Shown here in pieces: positions 20,003 to 28,782 of a DNA stretch of 64,000 bases. Location of the stretch: the NCBI GenBank assembly GCA_964535675.1, contig CAZHTD010000009.1:469-64468 (forward strand), given 5' to 3'. Under the pieces are notes generated by a model. It was not told the origin of the DNA. It was given only the letters and a program-made list of their open reading frames with translations, and did no database searches. Each line of letters starts with the position of its first letter. Position 1 is the stretch's first letter. This DNA comes from an uncultured Bifidobacteriaceae bacterium. Its GTDB lineage: Bacteria; Acidobacteriota; Vicinamibacteria; Vicinamibacterales; UBA2999. The position numbers were made by a program, and so were the translations under genes.

Positions 20003-20908
20003 TCAGTCGAGGTCGCGCAGAGTGGCGAACAGGCCACGCGCCTGCTCGCCCACCCAGGCGTACAGTCCACGGGCCTCGGTAAAACGCGCGGCGCTCGAGG
20101 GCGCGCCAAGGATCACGACGGCCACCTGCAGCCCGCTCTCTGGCAGGCGCAGCAGCGTTGCCAGGCAGTAGCCCGCGCGGCGGATGTAGCCGGTTTTGCC
20201 AGCCACTACGCCGAAATCGCCCCGGACCAGTTCGTTGGTGCTCCGGACGTGAATGCTCGTGTTGTCGGCACGCGCAGTGTACTCGGCCATTTGCATGATG
20301 CCAGCGATGGTCTCGTTAGCCGACACGTGCGACAGCAGCCGCGCCATGTCGTACGCCGACGACATGTTGCGCGACCGCAGGCCCGAGGGATCTGCGTAGG
20401 TGGTGGACGTCAGCCCAAGCTCGCGTGCCTTGGCGTTCATCTCGTTAATGAACCCCTCGGCCCCGTAGATCGACACCCGCGCGAGTGCCCTGGCCGCGGC
20501 GTTGTCAGAGGCAATCAGCATCAGGTGCAGCAGGTCGCCGGCTGTGATACGGTGCCCGGACAGCAGGCGGTAGCTGAAAGAGCGTCGCACGTCGGACGTC
20601 TCTATTACGATCTCCTCGGACAGGTCCGGGTTCGTCTCGAGGAACACCAGCGCCGTCATCATCTTGGTTAGGCTGGCGATCGAGCGGCGGTCGTCCCCGC
20701 CGTTCTCCCACAGGACCGTGCCCGTCAGCGGGTCGTAGACGACAGCTCCGGCGGCGCGCAACTCGGGAACCAAGAAGCCACTGTCAGTTCTCGTGAAGTT
20801 GAGGCCATACTGCCGCTGGGCCAACGCCGAGGCCGGCAACCCGAGCGTGGCCACGAGAGCCAGCAGGAGGAGAGCGCTGATCGAACGGGGCTTTGTCACG
20901 CGCAACAC
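20003..20908 (-). CDS. D-alanyl-D-alanine carboxypeptidase (peptidase S11)
   Basis: Signal peptide, SIASLTKMMT (SxxK), ASDNAA (SxN), AGKTGYI (KTG). Confidence 0.88.
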   Translation of the reverse strand: MLRVTKPRSISALLLLALVATLGLPASALAQRQYGLNFTRTDSGFLVPELRAAGAVVYDPLTGTVLWENGGDDRRSIASLTKMMTALVFLETNPDLSEEIVIETSDVRRSFSYRLLSGHRITAGDLLHLMLIASDNAAARALARVSIYGAEGFINEMNAKARELGLTSTTYADPSGLRSRNMSSAYDMARLLSHVSANETIAGIMQMAEYTARADNTSIHVRSTNELVRGDFGVVAGKTGYIRRAGYCLATLLRLPESGLQVAVVILGAPSSAARFTEARGLYAWVGEQARGLFATLRDLD

Positions 20909-20991
20909 CTTCTATCAATGACAGTTACGATGGCCGACACATTGTAGCAGAGATTCACAAGCAGACAGCAGCAGGCACGGAGAAACGGAAC

Positions 20992-22251
20992 CTACTCGGT
21001 CAAGGCAATCGCCAGAAGCACGGCGCGCTGAGTGCCGATCCACGAGGCGCGCGTATCGAACGCCTCGGCCAGCGAGTGCACACCAGTGGCGCGGCCACCC
21101 CCCCCGATCGTGATGGCGGGCACGCCCAAGCTCATCGCCAAGTTCGCGTCGGTTGACCCGCTGTCGAGGCGCGGCTGCGCCCCGAGAGCACGCGTGGCAG
21201 CCTCAGCCAACCGGACCACCAACGAGTCAGGTGGCGTCAGGCCTGCCGGACGGTCACCGACCGGGTCGATCCGCACCTCGAACCCTGAGCGCTGGGCCCA
21301 CCGGGCGGCTTCGGCATCGTAGGCTTGGCGAACGGCCTCCTGGAAGCGTCCATCGAGCACCTCGAGCGCGTCCGGGCTCGTCGAGCGCAGGTCCACTTCG
21401 AACAACGCCTCGCCAGCGATCGAGTTGACCGACGTGCCACCGCTGACCCGCCCGACGCTGAACGTCGTGCTTGGGTCGTCAGGTACCTCGAAGTTCGCCA
21501 CGGCAGCAATGGCCCGACCGAGCGCGTGGATGGGGTTCGGCATGCCGAAGTTGCCAAAGCTGTGGCCCCCCGGACCCGAGAAGGTGACGCGGAACCGACG
21601 GCTGCCAACCGCCTGGCTAGTAATGCCTAGCCCGCCGCCGTCGATCGACACAAACCGGTCGATACGGCCGGCGAGCGTCCGGCTGAACAACTCGCGAACA
21701 CCACGTAGGTTGCCCAGGCCCTCTTCACCCACCGTGCCCACGAAGGTGATCGGGCCCTTCGTCTCAACGCCTCCGGCATCCAGTGCCCGGGCTACCGCCA
21801 GCACCACAGCCAAGCCGCGACAGTCGTCGGCAATACCCGGGCCGCGCAACACGTCGTTGCCGCGCGAGACACGGACGTCGGTACCCTCAGGAAACACGGT
21901 GTCGAGGTGGGCACTGAACACGAGCCGCGAGCCACCGCCTGTGCCGGGCCGCTCGCCCAGCACGTTACCGGCCTCGTCGATCCGCACGTCGGCGAGGCCG
22001 ATAGCCCGGAACACGTCGGCGTACGCGGCGCCGCGGGCATTCTCACCGAAGGGCGGCGCCGGGATCTCGCACAAGCGGACTTGCTCGTCGAGTGTCGCCG
22101 GCTCGGCCTCCCGGGCGGCCGCCATCGCCGCCTGCGTTGTCGCATCCGCCAGTAGCCTGCCGATAGGGTCGGCGCTGGTCTGAGCGTTTGCCGTCCCGGA
22201 GAGGGCCAGCAGCCCGAGCACAATTGCCGGAAGACGTGGCCAGACTCGCAT
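20992..22251 (-). CDS. M20 family metallopeptidase
   Basis: Signal peptide, FSAHLDTV, GPGIADDCRG, GTVGEEGLGNLRG. 419 aa. Confidence 0.8.
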   Translation of the reverse strand: MRVWPRLPAIVLGLLALSGTANAQTSADPIGRLLADATTQAAMAAAREAEPATLDEQVRLCEIPAPPFGENARGAAYADVFRAIGLADVRIDEAGNVLGERPGTGGGSRLVFSAHLDTVFPEGTDVRVSRGNDVLRGPGIADDCRGLAVVLAVARALDAGGVETKGPITFVGTVGEEGLGNLRGVRELFSRTLAGRIDRFVSIDGGGLGITSQAVGSRRFRVTFSGPGGHSFGNFGMPNPIHALGRAIAAVANFEVPDDPSTTFSVGRVSGGTSVNSIAGEALFEVDLRSTSPDALEVLDGRFQEAVRQAYDAEAARWAQRSGFEVRIDPVGDRPAGLTPPDSLVVRLAEAATRALGAQPRLDSGSTDANLAMSLGVPAITIGGGGRATGVHSLAEAFDTRASWIGTQRAVLLAIALTE

Positions 22252-22320
22252 TGAACCCCCCGCAGCAGGGTATCATTCGGGCACCGGCGTGCCGCAACGG
22301 CTGCGCGCGGTGCCACCACC

Positions 22321-23220
22321 GTGACCAGCCTGCCCAGTCCGCATACTACACTCCGCGCGGGACGCGCACGTTACCGGTTCTACCTCGGCAACTGCCTCGA
22401 CGTCCTGCCGCGGCTGGCACCGGGCGCGGTCGACGTGGTGGTCACCTCCCCGCCGTACAACCTCGGCGTCCGGTACCGCAGCTACGACGACACTATGCCC
22501 CGGCCGGCCTACCTCAAATGGACGGGCACGTGGGTTGCGGCCGTCGTCCGCGTCCTCTCCGATGCGGGATCGCTGTTCCTGAATGTCGGAGTCAAGCCGA
22601 CTGCCCCTTGGACCGCACTCGATGTGGCGCAGGCGGCGCGCGCCCACCTCGATCTGCAGAACACCATCCACTGGATCAAGTCGATTGCGATCGAGAAGGC
22701 GGCGGCCGGTGCACGGGCAGGACTGGCCGACGACCTAGCGGTCGGCCACTACAAACCCATCAACAGCCGCCGCTTCCTGCACGACTGTCACGAGTTCGTC
22801 TTCCACTTCACCCCGCACGGCCGGACCCCGCTCGACCGGAAAGCGGTCGGGGTCCGCTATCAGGACGCATCGAACGTGGGCCGCTGGCAAGGTGCCTCCT
22901 CGGGCGTGCGGTGCCGCGGCAACACCTGGTTCATCCCCTATGAGACGATCCAGAGTCGCGCTCAGGATCGCCCCCACCCAGCGACTTTCCCGCCACGGCT
23001 GCCCGAGATGTGCCTGCGGCTGCACGGCCTCAAGCGCGTGGGGCTGGTGGCCGACCCGTTCCTCGGGCTCGGATCGACCGCCGTGGCCTGCGCGCAGCTC
23101 GGTATCAGCTTCGTGGGCATAGAGATGGACGAGGGCTACATCCGGAAGGCGGTCGCCCGCACGCGCGAAGCAATCGCGCACCGTGCTGGCTCGAATCGAT
23201 ATTCCCGATCCATGCACTGA
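22321..23220 (+). CDS. DNA methyltransferase, beta-class N4/N6 (motif IV SPPY before motif I)
   Basis: VVVTSPPYN near the N-terminus, HPATFPPRLPE, and ADPFLGLGSTAVACAQLGISFVGIEMD near the C-terminus. Confidence 0.85.
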   Translation: MTSLPSPHTTLRAGRARYRFYLGNCLDVLPRLAPGAVDVVVTSPPYNLGVRYRSYDDTMPRPAYLKWTGTWVAAVVRVLSDAGSLFLNVGVKPTAPWTALDVAQAARAHLDLQNTIHWIKSIAIEKAAAGARAGLADDLAVGHYKPINSRRFLHDCHEFVFHFTPHGRTPLDRKAVGVRYQDASNVGRWQGASSGVRCRGNTWFIPYETIQSRAQDRPHPATFPPRLPEMCLRLHGLKRVGLVADPFLGLGSTAVACAQLGISFVGIEMDEGYIRKAVARTREAIAHRAGSNRYSRSMH

Positions 23221-23234
23221 CGTTATGCTGTGGC

Positions 23235-24155
23235 GTGGACCTCAGACAGCTCGAGATCCTCCGCGCCATCGCCGAAACCGGCTCCTTCACCACGGCCGGC
23301 GAAAAGCTGCACGTCTCGCAGTCGGCCATCAGCCGGCAGGTCCTGCTGCTGGAGGAGGAGATCGGTGAGGCGGTCTTCCACCGGATCGGCCGTCGCATCC
23401 GTATTACCGCGACGGGCGAATCGCTCCTCCAGCTCAGCCACCGCGTCTTCCAGGACGTCACCGACACGGTCAACGCGATCAGCGACAAGCAGGAGTCACT
23501 GAGGGGAACGCTGCATCTGGTGGGCGGGATGACCGTGTGCCTTTACGTTTTCCCCACCCTGCTGGCCGAGGTCACACGCTCGCACCCGAACCTCGATCTG
23601 AAGATCACCACTGGTGGCGCCGAGCGCTCGATCGCAGCGCTGCGCTCCGGAGCCAGTGACCTCGGTCTTGTGACGCTGCCGGTGGCGGCCTCCGATCTGG
23701 TATCGGTCCCGCTGTTCGAGGAAGAGCTGGTGCTGGTCACCTACCCCGCCCATCCGCTGGCCGCGCGGCAGCGGATCACGCCGGCCGAGCTCCACCGCCA
23801 GCCGTTCATCCTCTTCGAGGCCGGCTCGGTCACACGCCGGCTCGTCGAGGACTTCTTCGTTCGCGAACGGATCGAACTCAAGACGGTCATGGAAACCGAG
23901 AACGTCGAGATTATGAAAGCTATGGTCCGTGCCGGGCTCGGCAACAGTATCATCCCCTGGCAGGCAGCTGCGGCCGACGTGACCTCGGGACAGCTCGCGC
24001 ACGTGCAGATCGGGGGCCACTCCCTGCAACGCGAGACCGGGTGGGTTTATCCGAAGATGGCACGCCTGCCCCGCTCGGTCGCGGAGGTGCTGCGCGTGTT
24101 CGAGCAGGCGCGCCCATGGCTGGAAGCGGAGGCCCGCGTCTCGCGGCCCCCCTGA
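23235..24155 (+). CDS. LysR family transcriptional regulator
   Basis: The GTG start gives VDLRQLEILRAIAETGSFTTAGEKLHVSQSAISRQV (HTH), followed by a substrate-binding domain. Confidence 0.88.
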   Translation: MDLRQLEILRAIAETGSFTTAGEKLHVSQSAISRQVLLLEEEIGEAVFHRIGRRIRITATGESLLQLSHRVFQDVTDTVNAISDKQESLRGTLHLVGGMTVCLYVFPTLLAEVTRSHPNLDLKITTGGAERSIAALRSGASDLGLVTLPVAASDLVSVPLFEEELVLVTYPAHPLAARQRITPAELHRQPFILFEAGSVTRRLVEDFFVRERIELKTVMETENVEIMKAMVRAGLGNSIIPWQAAAADVTSGQLAHVQIGGHSLQRETGWVYPKMARLPRSVAEVLRVFEQARPWLEAEARVSRPP

Positions 24156-24164
24156 TCCGGGCGC

Positions 24165-25445
24165 CTACTGCGCGACCTGGGTGGCCGGAGCCCTGAGTGA
24201 GTACGAGGTGCGTGACCAGACATCAGCACCCTCTCGGTTCACGCGCACGTCAAGCTCGCGCGTCCGGATCTCAGGGTTGGGGTTGCTCGAGTAGTAACCC
24301 ACGATATAGTAGTCGCTGGTTTCGGCGTCGATCCGCTGCAGCGCATCGTCGAGGTTATTCGTGTTGACGACGGCGATCCCTCCCGTCATCTCCGCGAGGA
24401 CGCGAAGGCTCGTCTGGGTCTCGCGGACGTACTCGCCCCACTCCTGCTGGTTGATGTCGACGTCCATGTCGGGGCCGGCTACCAGCCCACGGGGATCGAT
24501 CGTGTAGAAGGTCGCGTTCGCACGGTTGGCCGCACGCGTCAACTCAGTTAGCTGTAGGAACAGCTCGCCGGAGAGAAAATTCTGCGCCGACTGTGTCTGC
24601 ATGTAGAACGGATCAATCCGCAGCTCATCGAGATCCTGGCCGTAGCGCTCAGCGAAGTTCTCGAAGCGCGTCTCCTCGAACGGATTGAAGTCGTAGCCGC
24701 TGCTGATGTAGATGACGGCCTTGCGCCGGTTGCGCAGCTGCTCAAGGTTGAGAATCAACTCGTACGCGGTCTTGAACGCCACGTGTGCCCGATAGCGCAA
24801 CTCGCTCCCGCCGCTGGGGCCAAACGAGTCCCGCAGGATGCGTTGCGGCGACATGCCGTCGCCGGTGATCCGGGCCATCGCGTCGCGCAAGATGTCCCGG
24901 TCATAGGTCAGCTGCACCGACAGCGACGAGGGGCCAGTGGTCACGATGCCGAACATGTCGCCCTCGTGCACCAGGTTCGTCAGCAGGCGTGTGAACATCT
25001 CTCGCGTCCGCGGCGTCTCGCGGAAGTTCAAATGCAAGTCGTCCACGAAGATCAGAAAGACCCGGCCCGCCGTCTCGTTCGCCACCGAGCGGCTTGCGGG
25101 GAGCAGAATGCCCTCCTGCGGTGCTGCCGTCGGGGGCTCGAGGACATTGAAAGCCCGTCCGCCGTGCACAAGCACCAGCGACGCGATCTCCTGGCGGACC
25201 CCGTCCTCGTAGATCTCAAGCTCGTCCGGCGTGAGGTCCGAGATGAAGAGCCCGTTCGAGTCACGCGCGATCACATCAGTCGTCACGAGGTCGACGTTGA
25301 GGCGGAACGTTGGCTGCTCGGTCGGCGGCGCTGTGATGTCCACGGGCGCCTGGGCGAGAGTCCGTGCCTGATCGGGGTCGAACGCGCCCGCCACCAGTAA
25401 CGCTCCCAGCACACCGGCTACGACGAGTTTGACGGCATGTCGCAT
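24165..25445 (-). CDS. VWA domain protein of the VWFA-related Acidobacterial type
   Basis: Signal peptide, FRLNVDLVTTDVIARDSNGLFISDLTPDELEIYEDGVRQEI N-domain, then a VWA-like region (VFLIFVDDLH). Confidence 0.75.
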   Translation of the reverse strand: MRHAVKLVVAGVLGALLVAGAFDPDQARTLAQAPVDITAPPTEQPTFRLNVDLVTTDVIARDSNGLFISDLTPDELEIYEDGVRQEIASLVLVHGGRAFNVLEPPTAAPQEGILLPASRSVANETAGRVFLIFVDDLHLNFRETPRTREMFTRLLTNLVHEGDMFGIVTTGPSSLSVQLTYDRDILRDAMARITGDGMSPQRILRDSFGPSGGSELRYRAHVAFKTAYELILNLEQLRNRRKAVIYISSGYDFNPFEETRFENFAERYGQDLDELRIDPFYMQTQSAQNFLSGELFLQLTELTRAANRANATFYTIDPRGLVAGPDMDVDINQQEWGEYVRETQTSLRVLAEMTGGIAVVNTNNLDDALQRIDAETSDYYIVGYYSSNPNPEIRTRELDVRVNREGADVWSRTSYSLRAPATQVAQ

Positions 25446-25527
25446 CACGGTCGCAGTATAGCAGGGCTGTCCTGCCCGTGCGACCGGCCCGACACGCCCC
25501 CGTGTGGCCGACGTACAATTAATGCTC

Positions 25528-25986
25528 ATGCGGATTGCGCTGGCGTCTGACCATGCCGGATTTCCCCTGAAACAGGAACTAGCGGGAGCCCTCCGTGCCG
25601 ACGGCCACGAGGTTGATGACCTTGGTACCCATTCGACCGACCCAGTGGACTACCCGGACACCGCGGAGACCATCGCAGGCGCGGTCACCAGCGGGCGTGC
25701 CGAACGAGGCATCATCGTCTGCGGCAGCGGCGCGGGGGCCTCGATTGCCGCAAACAAGTTCCCAGGCATCCGGGCCGCCGTGTGCCACGACACCTACAGT
25801 GCCCACCAAGCTGTGGAGCACGACGCCATGAACGTGCTGTGCCTCGGGGCGCGGGTAGTCGGGGGTGAGGTCGCACGCGAACTCGTGCGGGCTTTCCTGT
25901 CAGCGCACTTCTCGGGCGACGAGCGGCACCGCCGGCGTCTCGGCAAGATCCTGGCGTTAGAGACGCGTGCGGCCGGCCACGGCTGA
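25528..25986 (+). CDS. rpiB: ribose-5-phosphate isomerase B
   Basis: [44 protein letters not shown]. Confidence 0.9.
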   Translation: MRIALASDHAGFPLKQELAGALRADGHEVDDLGTHSTDPVDYPDTAETIAGAVTSGRAERGIIVCGSGAGASIAANKFPGIRAAVCHDTYSAHQAVEHDAMNVLCLGARVVGGEVARELVRAFLSAHFSGDERHRRRLGKILALETRAAGHG

Positions 25987-25991
25987 GCGTC

Positions 25992-26696
25992 TCAGGTCTG
26001 CTTGGAGACCTCCGGGGGCGCCTCGGCAGGAGGCACCCCCTCCGTGCCGCTTGCGCCCGGCGCCTTCACGGCGACCGCCGCCGAGCGCCCGCTGCCTCGC
26101 CGCGACCGCCGCCGCTTGGCGAACACCTTCGACAGCCGCTCGAGTGCCTCTGCAGCCGCAGGCAGGCTCGCGTCGATCTCGTCGGCATCCGCCCAGGCTG
26201 CGGGGTTGATGCGCTCCGCCAAGGCGAGCAGCGCCTCCTGGCGGGCCGGGTCCTTCCAGCGCTTCGGCACTCGCTCCCTAATGCGCTCGTGCCACGAGGC
26301 CAGGAACGCCAGCTGCTCCTCGCGCGTCGCCCCCTCGATAGCAGCAGGCACCTGCGGTGCGCGTGTTGTCTGATCCGGCGTGGTCTCGGGCTTCGCCGGG
26401 GTCCCCTCGCCGCTCGCCGCGCGCCGGCGCCGATGCTGCCGTCGCGACTCGGGTACCACTTCCACTACTTGCTGGTTCTTGACCAGTGACTTCCATTGGA
26501 ACTCGATGTCGGGCCAGGCCGCCTCGATCACCTCGCGACGATCTGGTGCGAGCGCGTCCAGACCCACCCCTGCGCCGCCGGGGCTGCGGAACACGTAGAG
26601 AATGCTCGAGCGCGGTGGCTGCGCGTCCTGAAACCAGTGCATCAGGTACGTGGTCTCGTACCCGCGCTTGTCCCGTAGCACGCGAACGAAGGGCAC
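25992..26696 (-). CDS. hypothetical protein (no recognised domain)
   Basis: High third-position GC throughout. The GTG start directly abuts the TAG stop of the upstream gene (26697). Arg-rich linker and C-terminus. Confidence 0.6.
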   Translation of the reverse strand: MPFVRVLRDKRGYETTYLMHWFQDAQPPRSSILYVFRSPGGAGVGLDALAPDRREVIEAAWPDIEFQWKSLVKNQQVVEVVPESRRQHRRRRAASGEGTPAKPETTPDQTTRAPQVPAAIEGATREEQLAFLASWHERIRERVPKRWKDPARQEALLALAERINPAAWADADEIDASLPAAAEALERLSKVFAKRRRSRRGSGRSAAVAVKAPGASGTEGVPPAEAPPEVSKQT

Positions 26697-27284
26697 CTAC
26701 CGGCTCCGAATGCGGGTGGTCTTCTTGACCGCACGTCCGGAGGTCTTAGCGGCCTTCTTGGTGGTCTTGACACTCCCTGCCAACTTGGTCGCCTTGGTGC
26801 CCTTCGCCGCCTTGGCTCCGGCCGTGTTGCGCCCAGCGGCGGGACGGACCCGCGAGGTCTGGGAACGCTGCATCAGTGTGAACCGCATCTGGTCGCCCAG
26901 CCAGTGGTACACCCACAGCTCGGCGACGGGAATCCTAAAGTCCGCGCACAACCGGCGCGCCGGGTCGACGCTCGCGGTCGGTACGTAGAGATGGAAAGGC
27001 ACCCGCAAGCGCGCGAAGGCTGCCCACTGGGACATCGCCTCGAGATGATTGACCGACTCGGCAGTCTCTACCTCCACCACGCCAACCAGCCTCCGGCTCC
27101 GCTGCGAGGAGTGAAGCACGAGGTCAGGATACTGGGCGGACTGACCCGAGCCGGCGGCGACGAGCCGCTCCTGTCCCGGATTGATCCCCACGTCGAACTT
27201 TCTCTTGTACTTTGCCTGCAGCAAGCGAATGACCCGGTCGTGCTCAAGTTGCTCGCGCACGGGCCGGACGAGAATGGGGCTCAC
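26697..27284 (-). CDS. hypothetical protein: possible PD-(D/E)xK-like core + Lys/Ala-rich histone-H1-like tail
   Basis: GTG at 27284 is preceded by GGAGG (7-nt spacer). YPDLVL...VGVVEVETAES. C-terminal AGAKAAKGTKATKLAGSVKTTKKAAKTSGRAVKKTT. Confidence 0.6.
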   Translation of the reverse strand: MSPILVRPVREQLEHDRVIRLLQAKYKRKFDVGINPGQERLVAAGSGQSAQYPDLVLHSSQRSRRLVGVVEVETAESVNHLEAMSQWAAFARLRVPFHLYVPTASVDPARRLCADFRIPVAELWVYHWLGDQMRFTLMQRSQTSRVRPAAGRNTAGAKAAKGTKATKLAGSVKTTKKAAKTSGRAVKKTTRIRSR

Positions 27285-27407
27285 CGATGTACCTCCGGGG
27301 CGACTGCGAACCCGCGGCCGACGAGGGCGCCAGCCCAATAAACCGGGTGAATATAGCATGTAGCCGAGGTGCCTTGACGCAGGGGAACCGCGGCTCCACA
27401 ATGGGCC

Positions 27408-27655
27408 ATGGCCTCTGTCGATCCGTCCCCGTCGGCCCAGCGGGCCCTCATCGTCGACAACAATGTCAGCGTGACCGACACGTTTTCGTGAATGCTTCGC
27501 CTGGGGCACGACAGAAGTCCGGGCCGAGATCTCGACCGGCGAGGGCTTGGCGCTGGTGCGCACGTACGCGCCGCACCTGATGATCATGGATCAGGGACTT
27601 TTTCTTGGACGAAGCGCAAACTTCTGGGATCCGATCGCTCGGCGCCGAGCTCCGC
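27408..27655 (+). pseudogene. response-regulator receiver domain remnant (frameshift at a T4 run, C-terminal half missing)
   Basis: MASVDPSPSAQRALIVDNNVSVTDTF then, shifted one frame at tttt 27483-27486, RECFAWGTTEVRAEISTGEGLALVRTYAPHLMIMDQG. The frame continues open into hemE. Confidence 0.55.
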
Positions 27656-27723
27656 TACAAGCTCCTTTGACTCGAGAAGTTGGTGACCCTGGCCCGCGAC
27701 CCACTCTCCATCCCCGTCAAGGA

Positions 27724-28782
27724 TTGACCACCGGTTCCCAGTCCGCGGCTGCAGAGTCCCGTTTCCTGAAGGCCTGCCAGCGCGAGCCAGTGGATGCGAC
27801 GCCCGTCTGGTTCATGCGGCAGGCTGGTCGCTACATGGCCAACTACCGCGAGCTCCGGACCCGCCACTCGCTGTTGGACATCTGTCGGTCACCAGATCTT
27901 GCCACCGAAGTGACGCTGCAGCCGGTCGAAGCCATCGAGGTCGACGCGGCGATCCTCTTCTCGGATCTCCTGTTGCCCCTCGAACCGCTTGGCCTGCCGT
28001 TCGACTTCGTGAAGGGCGAGGGGCCGCAACTCGAGTGTCCCATCGACTCACCCGCCGACATCGACCGCCTGAAAATGTTCGAGCCACGTGAGGCCCTAGG
28101 CTTCGTGCTTGAGGCCATCGGCCAAATCCAGCGCGCGCTCGATGGCCGCATCCCGCTGATCGGCTTCGTCGGCGCACCGTTCACCCTAGCGTCCTATGCC
28201 ATCGAGGGTGGTCACTCGAACAACTTCGCGCGGACCAAGGCTCTGATGTACGGCCACCCCGAGGCGTGGCACCGTCTCTGCGACCGGCTGTCGGTCGTTG
28301 TGACCGACTACCTCATCGCGCAGATCGAGGCCGGAGTCAACGCCGTCCAAGTATTCGACTCGTGGGTCGGCACGCTCGGACCAGCCGACTACCGCGAGTT
28401 CGCGATGCCCCATACGGCACGCATCTTCGAGGCGGTGGCCGGCCGCGTCCCATCGATTCATTTCGGGACCGGCACGGCGACGCTCCTCAAGGACCTGCGC
28501 GACGCCGGGGGCGACGTCATCGGTGTGGACTGGCGCGTTCCGCTCGACGAGGCTTGGGCGCGCATCAGGCACGATCGTGCTATACAGGGTAACCTCGACC
28601 CGACGCTGCTACTCGGCCCTACCCGCCGCATGCTCGAGGCAGCCGACGACATCCTCGCCCGGGCGGACCGGCGGCCCGGCCATATCTTTAACCTAGGCCA
28701 CGGCATCCTGCCCTCCACCCCGCTCGAGCATGTCCAGATGCTCGCGCACTACGTGCATCGGGTCTCGCGGACGGGACCGTGA
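27724..28782 (+). CDS. hemE: uroporphyrinogen decarboxylase
   Basis: FLKACQREPVDATPVWFMRQAGRYM and IPLIGFVGAPFTLASY. The start is uncertain (TTG 27724 chosen by family length; the frame is open from 27490). Confidence 0.9.
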   Translation: MTTGSQSAAAESRFLKACQREPVDATPVWFMRQAGRYMANYRELRTRHSLLDICRSPDLATEVTLQPVEAIEVDAAILFSDLLLPLEPLGLPFDFVKGEGPQLECPIDSPADIDRLKMFEPREALGFVLEAIGQIQRALDGRIPLIGFVGAPFTLASYAIEGGHSNNFARTKALMYGHPEAWHRLCDRLSVVVTDYLIAQIEAGVNAVQVFDSWVGTLGPADYREFAMPHTARIFEAVAGRVPSIHFGTGTATLLKDLRDAGGDVIGVDWRVPLDEAWARIRHDRAIQGNLDPTLLLGPTRRMLEAADDILARADRRPGHIFNLGHGILPSTPLEHVQMLAHYVHRVSRTGP

